Source: an uncultured Solirubrobacterales bacterium
GTDB lineage: Bacteria; Actinomycetota; Thermoleophilia; Solirubrobacterales; 70-9
Direction of reading: 5' to 3'
Length of the DNA stretch: 64,000 nucleotides
Assembly (NCBI GenBank): GCA_963804595.1
Contig: CAWDQZ010000009.1
Coordinates: 312,248 to 376,247, forward strand
Position numbers and translations under genes: made by a program. The notes below the pieces were generated by a model. That model ran no database searches. It had not been told where the DNA came from and worked only from the letters and a program-made list of their open reading frames with translations. Positions 27,912-37,624 of this stretch are shown here, in pieces. Each line of letters opens with the position of its first letter. Position 1 is the stretch's first letter.

Positions 27912-29089
27912 GCTCGCTGGCGATCGACAACATCGGCCTGCTGGTCACCAACGACCCGTCGCTGGGCGAGGGACCGCTCGGGATCCTCCGGAACGCCTCG
28001 ATCGTCTTCGAGGACGACCGGGTGGCCGGGCTGGAGGGGCCCGGCGCCGCCGCGGACCGGCGCTTCGACGCCGCGGGCCGCTGCGTGATCCCGGGTTTCG
28101 TCGACAGCCACACCCACCTCGTCTTCGAGGGCGATCGGTCGGAGGAGTTCGCCGCCCGGATGGCGGGGAGGCCGTACGAGGCGCGCGGGATCATCACCAC
28201 GGTGGAGGCGACCCGAGCTGCCGGCGACCGGGAGCTCCGCGACGGCGCCGCCGTGAGGCGGCGGGAAGGCCTGCGGGCAGGGATCACGCACGTCGAGATC
28301 AAGTCCGGCTATGCGCTCGACATCGCCGGCGAGCGGCGCCTGTGTGAGATCGCGGCGGAGCTCACCGACGACGTCACCTTCCTCGGGGCGCACGCGGTCC
28401 CACCCGAGTACGAGGGCACGCCGGACGAGTACGTGGAGCTCGTCTGCGGCGAGATGCTGGAGGCCTGCGCGCCCCTCGCCCGTTGGATCGACGTCTTCTG
28501 CGAACGGGGCGCGTTCGACGCCGAGCAGTCGCGGCGGGTGCTCGCCGCCGGGCGCGAGGCGGGCCTCGGCCTCCGCGTGCACGGCAACCAGCTCGGCGAG
28601 GGACCAGGAGTCCGCTTGGCGGTGGAGATGGGCGCCGCCTCGGTCGACCACTGCACCTATCTCGACGACGCCGACATCGAGGCGCTGGCGGCCAGCGAGA
28701 CCGTCGCGACCTTCCTGCCCGCCACCGATTTCTCGACCCGCCAGCCCTATCCGGACGCGCGCAGGCTGATCGATGCCGGCGGCAGGTTCGCGATCGCCAC
28801 CAACACCAATCCGGGGTCCAGCAACACGACCTCGATGAGCCTCTGCATCGCCCTCGCCGTCCGCGACATGGGGATGACCGCCGAGGAGGCCCTGGTTGCC
28901 GCGACCCTGGGTGGCGCCAGGGCGCTCGGTCGCAACGACGTCGGCCGGCTGGCTCCGGGTGCGAGGGCCGACGCGGTGGTGCTGGACGCTCCCTCCTACA
29001 CCCATCTCGTCTACCGACCCGGGGTTCCGCTGACCTTCGCGGTGTTCGTCGCCGGGGAGGCGGCGTGGGGTCCCGGCTCGATGGCCTAG
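27908..29089 (+). CDS. hutI: Imidazolonepropionase
   Basis: ATGA overlap with hutF. The motifs PGFVDSHTHLVF, VHGNQL, SVDHC and ATNTNPGSS are present. Confidence 0.9.
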   Translation: MSSLAIDNIGLLVTNDPSLGEGPLGILRNASIVFEDDRVAGLEGPGAAADRRFDAAGRCVIPGFVDSHTHLVFEGDRSEEFAARMAGRPYEARGIITTVEATRAAGDRELRDGAAVRRREGLRAGITHVEIKSGYALDIAGERRLCEIAAELTDDVTFLGAHAVPPEYEGTPDEYVELVCGEMLEACAPLARWIDVFCERGAFDAEQSRRVLAAGREAGLGLRVHGNQLGEGPGVRLAVEMGAASVDHCTYLDDADIEALAASETVATFLPATDFSTRQPYPDARRLIDAGGRFAIATNTNPGSSNTTSMSLCIALAVRDMGMTAEEALVAATLGGARALGRNDVGRLAPGARADAVVLDAPSYTHLVYRPGVPLTFAVFVAGEAAWGPGSMA

Positions 29090-29173
29090 CGATCGTGCCG
29101 ATCTAAGAAGCAACGGCCGCACCCCGGTTAACGAGGTGACCACTCCTTGTATCGATTCTGTGAATTGCTTTGG

Positions 29174-29917
29174 TCAGCCGCGGCGGGCCGCGGCGAGGAA
29201 GGCCTCGAGGCGATCGTTGTAGGGCGCGCCGGTCGAGGGGACCGTGTGGCCTCGGCCGCGAATCACCTCGCGCTCAGCCGAGAGGGCTTCCGCCAGGGCG
29301 TCGCAGACCGCCTCGAAGGCGGGCGAATGGCCACCGGAGAGCACCAGCACCGGGAAATCGGCGGCGGCCAGCCGGTTCAGCGGGACGTCGGCCTCCCACG
29401 AGGGCCGCTCCCGCTTGAGCAGCTCGACCCCGTGCAGGAGCTCCTCCGGCAGCTGATCCGGCGTCCCGAATGCCGAGCCGGCGCCGCCACGAAAGAGGCG
29501 CAGGAAGTCCTCCGACGGGATCGACGATGCACCGGCGAAGAGGCGCTCCCCGTTGGTGATCATCTCGTCGACCTCGGGCGTGCCCTCGGCGACTCTCAGG
29601 CAGCCGGGCTCCGAGACGGTCAGGGAGCGGACCGCGTCAGGGCGCTCGGCCGCGGCGAGCAGGGCGATCACCGCGCCATAGGAATGTCCGACCAGGTGCG
29701 CTCCGTCACCGAGCAGCTCGGCGAACATCGGTGCCTCGACCTCGAAGTCGTTGCGCTCCAGGGGTGGGCTCTCGCCGAAGCCGGGGCGGCTCGGGATGAC
29801 CAGCGTCCAGCGTTCGGCCAGCTCGCGCTGCTTTCGCCAGGTGAGCGCCGGTCCGACGATGTCGCCGTGGACGAAGAGGATCGGCGGCCCCTCGCCGAAG
29901 CGCTCAACGGCGAGCAT
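29174..29917 (-). CDS. Alpha/beta hydrolase
   Basis: PILFVHGD and the nucleophile elbow LVGHSYGA are present. ATG 29917 (MLAVERFGEGPP) is preferred over the ORF start at 29971. Confidence 0.75.
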   Translation of the reverse strand: MLAVERFGEGPPILFVHGDIVGPALTWRKQRELAERWTLVIPSRPGFGESPPLERNDFEVEAPMFAELLGDGAHLVGHSYGAVIALLAAAERPDAVRSLTVSEPGCLRVAEGTPEVDEMITNGERLFAGASSIPSEDFLRLFRGGAGSAFGTPDQLPEELLHGVELLKRERPSWEADVPLNRLAAADFPVLVLSGGHSPAFEAVCDALAEALSAEREVIRGRGHTVPSTGAPYNDRLEAFLAAARRG

Positions 29918-29976
29918 CTCGCACGACGATTCGTAGCAACCGCGGCATAGCCGAACAAACCCTACGATCACCGCGG

Positions 29977-30999
29977 ATGAAGCTGATCATCCAGGTCCCC
30001 TGCCTGAACGAGGAGGAGTCGCTGCCCCGCCTCCTCTCGGAGCTGCCGCGGGAGGTCCCCGGGTTCGACGAGGTCGAGTGGCTCGTCGTGGACGACGGTT
30101 CCACTGACCGCACGGTCGAGGTGGCGCGTCGGGATGGCGTCGACCACCTGGTGAAATTGACCACGAACAAGGGGCTGGCGACGGCGTTCCAAGCGGGGCT
30201 CGACGCAGCCCTGAAGCTCGGCGCTGACGTGATCGTCAACACCGACGCCGACAACCAGTACCGCTCTCGGGACATTCCGCGTCTCGTCGAGCCGATCATG
30301 GCCGGCCGCGCCGACATGGTGGTTGGGGACCGGCAGGTGCAGCGCATCGACCACTTCTCGCCGACGAAGAAGCTGCTCCAGCGACTCGGCAGCTGGGTCG
30401 TCCGTCGTGCGTCCGGCACCGACGTGCTGGACACGACCTCCGGGTTCCGCGCCTACAACCGCGAGGCCGCGCTGCAGCTGATCGTCGTCTCCCGCTACAC
30501 GTACACCCTCGAGAGCCTGATCCAGGCGGGCAAGATGTCGGTGGCTCTGGAGGACGTGCCGATCTCCACGAACCCCACCGACCGCGAGTCCCGGCTGGTG
30601 GGCTCGACCTCCGCCTACGTCCGCCGCAACGCCTACGCGATCTTCCGCGCCTACACGCTGTACGAGCCACTACGCGTCTTCATGCTGCTCGCACTCGTCT
30701 TCGCCGTGCTGGCGGTGGCCGCGTGGTCTCCCTTCCTGATCGACTGGATCCTGAACGGCGACCGCAGCGGCCACGTCCAGTCTCTGATCCTGGGCGCCGT
30801 GCTGATGCTGGCGGCCGTCCAGATGTTCGCGCTCGGCATCATCGGTGACGCGCTCGCCGGGCAGCGGGCGATCGCCCAGCGCGTCTACGAGCGGGTCAGG
30901 CGCCTCGAGCTCGAGGCGGGCGTCAGGCCGACGCACTACGAGCGACTCGCCTCGGACCGCCCGCTCACCGTGGAGACGATCGAGACGATCGCCCGGTGA
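29977..30999 (+). CDS. Family 2 glycosyltransferase (polyprenol-phosphate sugar synthase-like) with C-terminal TM helices
   Basis: IIQVPCLNEE..VVDDGSTDRT..NTDADNQY (DxD) are present, followed by two C-terminal TM segments. Confidence 0.85.
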   Translation: MKLIIQVPCLNEEESLPRLLSELPREVPGFDEVEWLVVDDGSTDRTVEVARRDGVDHLVKLTTNKGLATAFQAGLDAALKLGADVIVNTDADNQYRSRDIPRLVEPIMAGRADMVVGDRQVQRIDHFSPTKKLLQRLGSWVVRRASGTDVLDTTSGFRAYNREAALQLIVVSRYTYTLESLIQAGKMSVALEDVPISTNPTDRESRLVGSTSAYVRRNAYAIFRAYTLYEPLRVFMLLALVFAVLAVAAWSPFLIDWILNGDRSGHVQSLILGAVLMLAAVQMFALGIIGDALAGQRAIAQRVYERVRRLELEAGVRPTHYERLASDRPLTVETIETIAR

Positions 31000-31610
31000 G
31001 CGTCGACGGCGGAGGGAACGTCTACGACAAGTACGGGACCTCCAATCCGATCGCGCGAAGGCTGATGGCGGGGTTCATGGCGGATCTCGACGAGCTGGTC
31101 GAGCGAAGCGGCGCGCGCGAGGCGCACGAGGTCGGCTGCGGCGAGGGCGAGGTCTCCATCCGGCTCGCCCAACGCGGCATCCGGGTGAGGGGCACGGATG
31201 CCTTCCCGCAGGTGCTCGAGGAGGCGCGGCGGCGGGCGTCCGCGGCCGGCGAGCAGATCGACTTCGAGGCAAGGCCCGTCGAGGAGCTCGATCCCGAGAC
31301 GGACGCGGCGGAGCTGGTGGTCTGCTGCGAGGTGCTCGAGCATCTCGAGGACCCGCAGCGGGCTCTGGATGTCCTCAGCCGCCTGGCCAGACCGTGGCTG
31401 ATCGCGAGCGTCCCGCGCGAGCCGCTCTGGCGGGCACTCAATCTGGCGCGGCTCTCCTATGTCGGGGACCTGGGCAATACGCCTGGGCACCTGAGCCACT
31501 GGTCGAAAGGCGGGTTCGAGCGATTCCTCAGCGAGCGATTCGAGGTCATCGAGGTTCTTAGCCCGCTCCCCTGGTCGATGGCGCTCTGTCGTGCTCCTGA
31601 GGCAGACTGA
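30996..31610 (+). CDS. Class I SAM-dependent methyltransferase
   Basis: GTGA overlap with the GT2 stop. The motifs EVGCGEGEVSIRLAQRG and VVCCEVLEHLEDP are present. Confidence 0.75.
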   Translation: MSVDGGGNVYDKYGTSNPIARRLMAGFMADLDELVERSGAREAHEVGCGEGEVSIRLAQRGIRVRGTDAFPQVLEEARRRASAAGEQIDFEARPVEELDPETDAAELVVCCEVLEHLEDPQRALDVLSRLARPWLIASVPREPLWRALNLARLSYVGDLGNTPGHLSHWSKGGFERFLSERFEVIEVLSPLPWSMALCRAPEAD

Positions 31611-31648
31611 GGTGGGCGGGACACCGCCCTCTAGAATCGCCGACCTCC

Positions 31649-33412
31649 ATGAGGCGCGTGCGCAAGGCGCTCCAATCACTCCGATCGAGACGTGGCGTGG
31701 CCGCGGTAGTCACGCTCGGCTTCGCCTGGGGGATCGTCATCCACCAGCTCGGCTGGGCCCAGCTCGGGCACTTCGCTCAGGTGCGCGCGTTCGCCGACGG
31801 ACAGGCGCAGATCGACCCCTGGCATTGGGAGACCAACGACAAGGCCTGGGTCATGACCGATGGACAGGGGCACTTCTACTCGGTGAAGAGCCCGGGGACG
31901 GCAGCGCTGACGACACCCCTGTACATGGCGATCGAGGGACTCGGCGGCGACAAGCTCGCGCGGGCCGCCGTCGACAACGAGAACCGGACCGCCCACCCCA
32001 AGTGGCACCCGGACAGCGTTGTTCCACTGGAGAACATGGGCTACGACGTCCAGCGCGGCCTGCGCGTCCAGGCGCGCGTCGAGGAGAAGACGCCGATCGT
32101 CTGGGCGCTCACGCTGATCGCCGCGGTGATCCCGGGGGTGCTGATGTTGCTCGCCGTGCGTTGGGCGGCGGACCGGTTCGTCCCCGGCTACGGAACGGCG
32201 GCGGCGATCACCCTCGGCCTGGCGACGATCGTCATGACCTTCTCCGCGGAGTTCTTCTCGCACGTGATCTCCGCCGCTCTCGCCTTCGCGGCGTTCTGCG
32301 TGTTGATGAAGGAGAGGGACGGGCCGCCGCGACGCTGGTCGATGTTCGCGGCGGGACTGCTCGCCGGCCTCGCCGTCACCTTCGAGTTCCAGACCGGGCT
32401 GGTCGGGGTCGTGCTGATCTTCTACGCCCTCGCCCGCAGGTCGGACCGCCTGCGGCGGGCGGCCCTCTACGCCACCGGGGCCGTTCTGGGCGCGGCGCCG
32501 ATGCTCGCCTTCAACACCTGGGCGTTCGGTAATCCGCTCAAGCTCGCCTACAGCGACGCCGTCGCCTTCCCCGGCAGGAGCGGCCACGACGTCCTCGGGC
32601 TGAACAGCGACGGCTTCTTCGGCATCACGATTCCCCGCTTCGACAGCGCCTCCGACCTGCTCTTCGCGGGTCGCGGCCTGCTCGTGCTCACCCCGATCCT
32701 GGTGATGGCGGTGATCGGCGTGTTCATGATGCGGCGCAAGCATCGCGCCGAGGCCAACACGATCCTCGCCGTCGCCCTCGTCTACTTCATCTACAACTCG
32801 GGCTACTGGCTGCCCTACGGCGGGGGCACGCCCGGACCGCGGTTCCTGATCCCGGCGCTTCCCTTCGTCGCCATCGGGCTCGCGTACGCCTACAAGCGGC
32901 TGCCCGCCTTGACCCTGGGACTCGCCATTCCCTCCGCCCTCTTCATGGTCGTGGGGACGCTGACCTATCCGCTGATCGGCAAGCAGGGAATCGGCACCTG
33001 GGCCGACTGGCTGGTGCAGGGCCGCCTCGAGCACACGGTCCTCACGGCCTTCGGGGTGACCAATGCCTGGCTGGCGCTCGCGCCATTCTTCGCGGCGGTG
33101 GCGGTCGCGATCGTCCTGGCGGTGCGGGCGACGCCGGGCACCCTGTTCGCCGACTACCGGGCCGCGGTCCCGGTCGTGATCGGCTGGGCCTGCGTTGCCG
33201 CCGTCGCGCCCTCGCTCGCGAACTACGAGCCCGGCTTCCTCGAGCGCGGCAACCAGTCCGCCCTCTGGCTGATCGCGGCGGGCGCCCTGCTCTCGCTGCT
33301 GACGATCACCGCCATCCGGCTCCGCGAGGGCCGGACTCAGCCGAAGTCGCAGGCCGCCGCGCGCGAGCCGGTCGTCGGTCGCGAGCTCGCGTCCGACGCG
33401 CCTACCTCGTAG
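31649..33412 (+). CDS. Polytopic membrane protein, GT-C (ArnT/PMT-like) glycosyltransferase candidate
   Basis: It has more than 10 predicted TM segments and an early periplasmic loop, and it follows the GT2 and methyltransferase genes. There is no diagnostic motif, so the call rests on architecture and context. Confidence 0.55.
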   Translation: MRRVRKALQSLRSRRGVAAVVTLGFAWGIVIHQLGWAQLGHFAQVRAFADGQAQIDPWHWETNDKAWVMTDGQGHFYSVKSPGTAALTTPLYMAIEGLGGDKLARAAVDNENRTAHPKWHPDSVVPLENMGYDVQRGLRVQARVEEKTPIVWALTLIAAVIPGVLMLLAVRWAADRFVPGYGTAAAITLGLATIVMTFSAEFFSHVISAALAFAAFCVLMKERDGPPRRWSMFAAGLLAGLAVTFEFQTGLVGVVLIFYALARRSDRLRRAALYATGAVLGAAPMLAFNTWAFGNPLKLAYSDAVAFPGRSGHDVLGLNSDGFFGITIPRFDSASDLLFAGRGLLVLTPILVMAVIGVFMMRRKHRAEANTILAVALVYFIYNSGYWLPYGGGTPGPRFLIPALPFVAIGLAYAYKRLPALTLGLAIPSALFMVVGTLTYPLIGKQGIGTWADWLVQGRLEHTVLTAFGVTNAWLALAPFFAAVAVAIVLAVRATPGTLFADYRAAVPVVIGWACVAAVAPSLANYEPGFLERGNQSALWLIAAGALLSLLTITAIRLREGRTQPKSQAAAREPVVGRELASDAPTS

Positions 33413-35070
33413 ACGATCAGTCCGGGGAGGCGGCACACCGTCAGTGGCAGGCCTTCGATCGACTTGCGGGCGGCGCCGGCCTGGGGTGTCCCCTCGCTGA
33501 GACCCGGGTGGAGGATCACCGTACGGACGCCATAGGCCTGGAGCTCGCGGACCGTCGCGGCGTCGGGGAAGTTCGCCATGTGCTTGACCAGGTCCAGGAC
33601 GACGGCGGGGTTCGTGCTCGCCCGGCCGTTGACCATGTCCGGGAAGCCCTCGGTCGAGGCCAGCTGGAACGCCCGGTTCTCCTTGGCGGTGAGAGCCGGG
33701 AGGTGGAGCTGCGGGGTCGGGATCTCGTTTGTCGAGGGCTGGGCTCGTGGCACCTCGGGCATGGCCTGGTTGCCGAACGGGTCGAACGGCAGGCTCCGGC
33801 CTTCGGTGACGATCACCAGCGCCAGAAGCCCCGCCACGGCCGTTCCCGACCAGGCGGGAAGCCGGGTTCTCCTGACCGCGCGAATCGCCGCCTCCCCGCC
33901 GGCCGCCGCGAGCAAGGCCAAGGTCAGCGTCGAGAACGTCGCGAGGCGCCCCGGGGTCCGGATCGCATCCCACCCGGGAAGCAGCTCGTAGAGGACGCGG
34001 TAGGGCCAGAGCAGGCCGCCCTGCTCGCGAAAGCCGAGCTGGAGGACCAGGATCGCCGCCGTCGCGATTCCGAGGCCGATGCGCGTTCGCCTGCTCAGGC
34101 TGCTCGAGAAGATCCCGACCACCGCGAGCGCCACGATCACCAGGCCGGGAAAGAGGGTCTTCTCCTGCAACGTCGTGAGGCTGTTGCGGAAGCCCGCCGT
34201 CGCCGCGCCCCAGACCCAGTTCTCCTCCGGGGCCGTCAGAAACACCTTCACGGGACCGGAGAATGCGGCGACCTCATGAGGACTGCGTCTTGAGGCCGGA
34301 AAGTTGTCCGCGATATAGAGATAGTGGTGCGCGATCCAATACGAGATTGCGATGAAGACGACGGCGCCCGCCGCGCTTGCGAAGAGCATGTTGCGCGGCA
34401 GCGCCGGCCGTCCGCGGACGAGCCAGGCGATGATCGCGACCAGCACCGCCCCGGCGATCCCGTAGGCGAAGGGCAGGCCGAGCGCCCAGCCGAGCGACAC
34501 TTGCCAGACGGCCAGGACCCATGCCCAGAAGAGCCACCAGGGGCTGCGCACCCGGATGCCGCGGACAGCGAAGGCGATGGAGAGCGGGATCCCGCCGCTC
34601 GAGATCACCTGCAGGTGGCCGTCCTGCTCGAGCCTGTAAGGCGCGAAGGCGAACGCAGCGCCAGCGATCACGGCACCCGCTGGGCTCAGTCCGAGCTCGC
34701 GGGCGAGCAGGTACGCGCCGAAGAAGGCCAGCGCGTAGGCGAAGAGGAAGAGCAGGTCGTAGCGGACCATCGCCGCGTGTGGCCCGCTGCCGATGATCCC
34801 GGCCGGCGCATAGCCGATCAGCGCGTCCCCGAATGCGAGCGAGTCCTTCAGCGGCCAGAAGCGGTTCGAGTCGAAGTAGTGGAGAGGCTGATGGAGCAGC
34901 GCGTGGCCGCCCCACGCCGGCTGCCACGCCTCCGCCAGCGGGTCGCCGATGTCCCGCGGGACGACGCCGCCCAGGTGGATCAACAGCGGCCAGGTCATCA
35001 CGATCGCGAGCAGCGACGCTCCGACCGCCGCGAATATGACCTCCCGCCGGGTCATCTCACTTGCTCGCAT
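33337..35070 (-). CDS. Polytopic membrane protein with a C-terminal soluble domain, GT-C-like candidate
   Basis: The start is ATG 35070 or 35055. The N-terminus reads TWPLLIHLGGVVPRDIGDPLAEAWQPAWGGHALL..FDSNRFWP. It has many TM helices. The 3' end overlaps the convergent gene by 76 nt. Confidence 0.55.
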   Translation of the reverse strand: MRASEMTRREVIFAAVGASLLAIVMTWPLLIHLGGVVPRDIGDPLAEAWQPAWGGHALLHQPLHYFDSNRFWPLKDSLAFGDALIGYAPAGIIGSGPHAAMVRYDLLFLFAYALAFFGAYLLARELGLSPAGAVIAGAAFAFAPYRLEQDGHLQVISSGGIPLSIAFAVRGIRVRSPWWLFWAWVLAVWQVSLGWALGLPFAYGIAGAVLVAIIAWLVRGRPALPRNMLFASAAGAVVFIAISYWIAHHYLYIADNFPASRRSPHEVAAFSGPVKVFLTAPEENWVWGAATAGFRNSLTTLQEKTLFPGLVIVALAVVGIFSSSLSRRTRIGLGIATAAILVLQLGFREQGGLLWPYRVLYELLPGWDAIRTPGRLATFSTLTLALLAAAGGEAAIRAVRRTRLPAWSGTAVAGLLALVIVTEGRSLPFDPFGNQAMPEVPRAQPSTNEIPTPQLHLPALTAKENRAFQLASTEGFPDMVNGRASTNPAVVLDLVKHMANFPDAATVRELQAYGVRTVILHPGLSEGTPQAGAARKSIEGLPLTVCRLPGLIVYEVGASDASSRPTTGSRAAACDFG

Positions 35071-35234
35071 GAGCCGGGCATCCTCGCAACTCACGGGATA
35101 CGACGGCGCGAGCGGCCGGGGGTGGAGCCGGACCGTCGTCGGCACGGTGGGGGCCACCGAGCTGGGCGACTACACGGTGACCGCCGGCCTGGCTGTCGAG
35201 GGCGTCGAGCCGAAGATCCTGCTCGGGAGGTAAT

Positions 35235-35804
35235 TCAATCCCTGTCCGGGCGCTCCGGATAGAGCTCGTCGATCGTGACGAGCGAGCGATACGGCGCCTC
35301 GGCGGCCCGCTCGATCGCCTCCGCCCCGCCGGCGAGCCGATCCACGACCGAGGTCACTCCCGCGACCTCGAATCCCTCCTCCCTGATGCGCTCGATCGCA
35401 CGGATCGTCGATCCCCCGGTGGTCACCACGTCCTCGACCACCAGGCAGCGCGTTCCGCGCTCCAGCACCGGGCCCTCGATCCAGCGCTGCAACCCGTGCT
35501 CCTTGCGCTCCTTGCGCACGAAGAAGGCGACCAAGCCATCGCCCCGCTCGGATCCGATCGCCGCGCAGGCGAGTGGGTCCGCGCCCAGCGTCATCCCCCC
35601 GACCGCCGTGGCGTCGCGTTCGGCCGCCTCGGCGGCTATCAGCTCGCCCGCGGCTCGATAGGCGGGCGGCCGAAGCAGCGCTCGCTTGGCGTCGACGTAG
35701 TACTGCGCCTTCCGGCCGCTCGACAGGGTCACCTCGCCGATCACGAGGGCGTGCTCGCGCAGCTCGGCGAGCAGCGTCTGGTGGGCTGCGTCCCGGTCCG
35801 GCAT
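35235..35804 (-). CDS. pyrE: Orotate phosphoribosyltransferase
   Basis: GEVTLSSGRKAQYYVD and the PRPP motif LVVEDVVTTGGS are present. The start is ATG 35804, or alternatively 35825. Confidence 0.85.
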   Translation of the reverse strand: MPDRDAAHQTLLAELREHALVIGEVTLSSGRKAQYYVDAKRALLRPPAYRAAGELIAAEAAERDATAVGGMTLGADPLACAAIGSERGDGLVAFFVRKERKEHGLQRWIEGPVLERGTRCLVVEDVVTTGGSTIRAIERIREEGFEVAGVTSVVDRLAGGAEAIERAAEAPYRSLVTIDELYPERPDRD

Positions 35805-35855
35805 CCGGCTGATCCTAAGCATCATCCGGCGTGCGGCGGGGCCGGGCCCTGGTCG

Positions 35856-36764
35856 CTAGAGGTACACGTGGATCGCATCCCCCAGATGGATCCAGTTGTA
35901 GATGTAGACCGAGAACGTCTCGGGATTGCGCACGCACCCGTGGCTGGCGGCCTCGTGCATCGGCACCGACGGATAGCCGTGCGTCGCATAGCCGCGGACG
36001 AAGTACACGGACATGTACATGCCGTGCGAATTCGTCCCCGGCTCCTTGCGGTAGAAGTGGTAGGTCCCGCGGACGGTCGGGGTCGAGGGCTTCCCGGTTG
36101 ACACGTGGAAGGTGGCGACCACATGGTCGCCGTTGATCAGGGCCATCACCTGTCGCGAGATGTCCACCTCGACGTGGTGCCCGGAGTGGTATCGGGGCTG
36201 GAACGCGCCGCGACCCATCAGGAGCTTCCGGAAGATCACCGGCTTGTACTGCATGTTCCGCGCCATGCCGTTGACCTTGCGGAAGGCGGCAGTGGCGAGG
36301 CGCGAGCCGGGAGTGAACCGGCTGCTCATGTTCCGGCCGATGTAGTAGCCCTGCTTGACCAGCGATTCGTTGTAGAGGCGCGTGAGCGGGCCCTTGCCGA
36401 TGTGCTTCGGGACACTCACGTTGAACCGCTCCGGAGCAGAGTTCTGGCCGCCGCTCGTCGCGGTCACCTCGTAGTTGCAGCAGGAGTCGACCGTGAATGG
36501 GAACGAGAACTTTCCGCTACCCGCGTCGACCTGCTGCTTCGCGAGCGTCCGGCCGCTCGCGGTGACGGTGACCGTGACCTTGTCGCCGGGAAGCGCTCCC
36601 GGCAGCGTCCCGACGGCGTTGACCTTGTCGAGCAGCCCCGGGTTCTTCGGGCCGTTGAGGTCGAGGGTGGGCGCGCCGGTGGCCGCGCTCGCAGAGGCAA
36701 CCGGGAACGCCAGCGCCGCGACCGCCGCCACGAGTGCGATCAGGAGTCCTCCCCGCCGATTCAC
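35856..36764 (-). CDS. L,D-transpeptidase (YkuD domain) with an N-terminal signal peptide and an Ig-like region
   Basis: GTG 36764 is followed by the signal LLIALVAAVAALAFPVASASA. The catalytic motif reads YATHGYPSVPMHEAASHGCVRN. Confidence 0.8.
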   Translation of the reverse strand: MNRRGGLLIALVAAVAALAFPVASASAATGAPTLDLNGPKNPGLLDKVNAVGTLPGALPGDKVTVTVTASGRTLAKQQVDAGSGKFSFPFTVDSCCNYEVTATSGGQNSAPERFNVSVPKHIGKGPLTRLYNESLVKQGYYIGRNMSSRFTPGSRLATAAFRKVNGMARNMQYKPVIFRKLLMGRGAFQPRYHSGHHVEVDISRQVMALINGDHVVATFHVSTGKPSTPTVRGTYHFYRKEPGTNSHGMYMSVYFVRGYATHGYPSVPMHEAASHGCVRNPETFSVYIYNWIHLGDAIHVYL

Positions 36765-36799
36765 GTCGCGGCATTGTGCAGCATCGGGCGGTCGGGTGC

Positions 36800-37624
36800 T
36801 CACGCCACGAGCTTCCTGCGCAGGGCCCGCACGGGGATCGTGAAGAGCAGGGTGGTCAGGGCGGCGAGCCAGACCGAGTTCCCGACGACCGACCAGAATT
36901 CCGGCCCCGTGGCAAGGCCCCGGGTGATCTCGACCAGGTGGTAGAGCGGCATGAACCAGGCGACCACGTGCACCCAGTCGGGCAGCTGGTTGAAGGGGAA
37001 GAAGAGCCCCGAGAACAGGAACATCGGGGTGATGAACAGGGTGAAGAAGTAGGAGTAGAGATCGATCTTCGGGATCAGGGTGGTGAACGCGTAGCCGATC
37101 ACCGAGAAGCAGAGGGCACCGAGCAGCACGAAGGGCGGGATCAGAAGCGCCCACCAGGAGGAGACCAGGCCGAAGAGCGCGATCACGGCCAGCACGACGA
37201 TTCCGTAGACGGTCGCGCGGGTGGCGCTCCAGGCCAGGTCCCCCGCGACCAGGTCCTGGACCTCGACCGGGGTCGAGAGCACGTTGTCGTAGAGCCGGAG
37301 CTCGTTCATCCGGAAGTAGACGTTGTAGGTCGTCTCGAACGCCGAGCTCCACATCGCGGCGGAAGCGATCAGGCCCGGCGCAATGAAGTCCTTGTAGGGA
37401 ATGCCGTTGATGTGGGCGACGTAGGTGCCCAGGCCGAAGCCCAGCGCCAGCAGGTAGAGGAACGGGTCGAGGAAGGTGGGCAGCAGCGCGCCTCGCCAGA
37501 GCTTCGAGAAGACCCGCGCGTTGCGGAGCCAGACGGCGCCCGCGAGGCGCGGCATGGGAACGAGGTCGCGCAACGGGATGCGCGGGCCGATGCCGGCGTA
37601 GCCCGGTTCCTCGAGCATCGCCAT
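36800..37624 (-). CDS. ABC-2 type transporter permease
   Basis: It is a six-TM protein that starts directly after the stop of the upstream ATPase. Its composition is typical of the ABC-2 family. Confidence 0.8.
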   Translation of the reverse strand: MAMLEEPGYAGIGPRIPLRDLVPMPRLAGAVWLRNARVFSKLWRGALLPTFLDPFLYLLALGFGLGTYVAHINGIPYKDFIAPGLIASAAMWSSAFETTYNVYFRMNELRLYDNVLSTPVEVQDLVAGDLAWSATRATVYGIVVLAVIALFGLVSSWWALLIPPFVLLGALCFSVIGYAFTTLIPKIDLYSYFFTLFITPMFLFSGLFFPFNQLPDWVHVVAWFMPLYHLVEITRGLATGPEFWSVVGNSVWLAALTTLLFTIPVRALRRKLVA

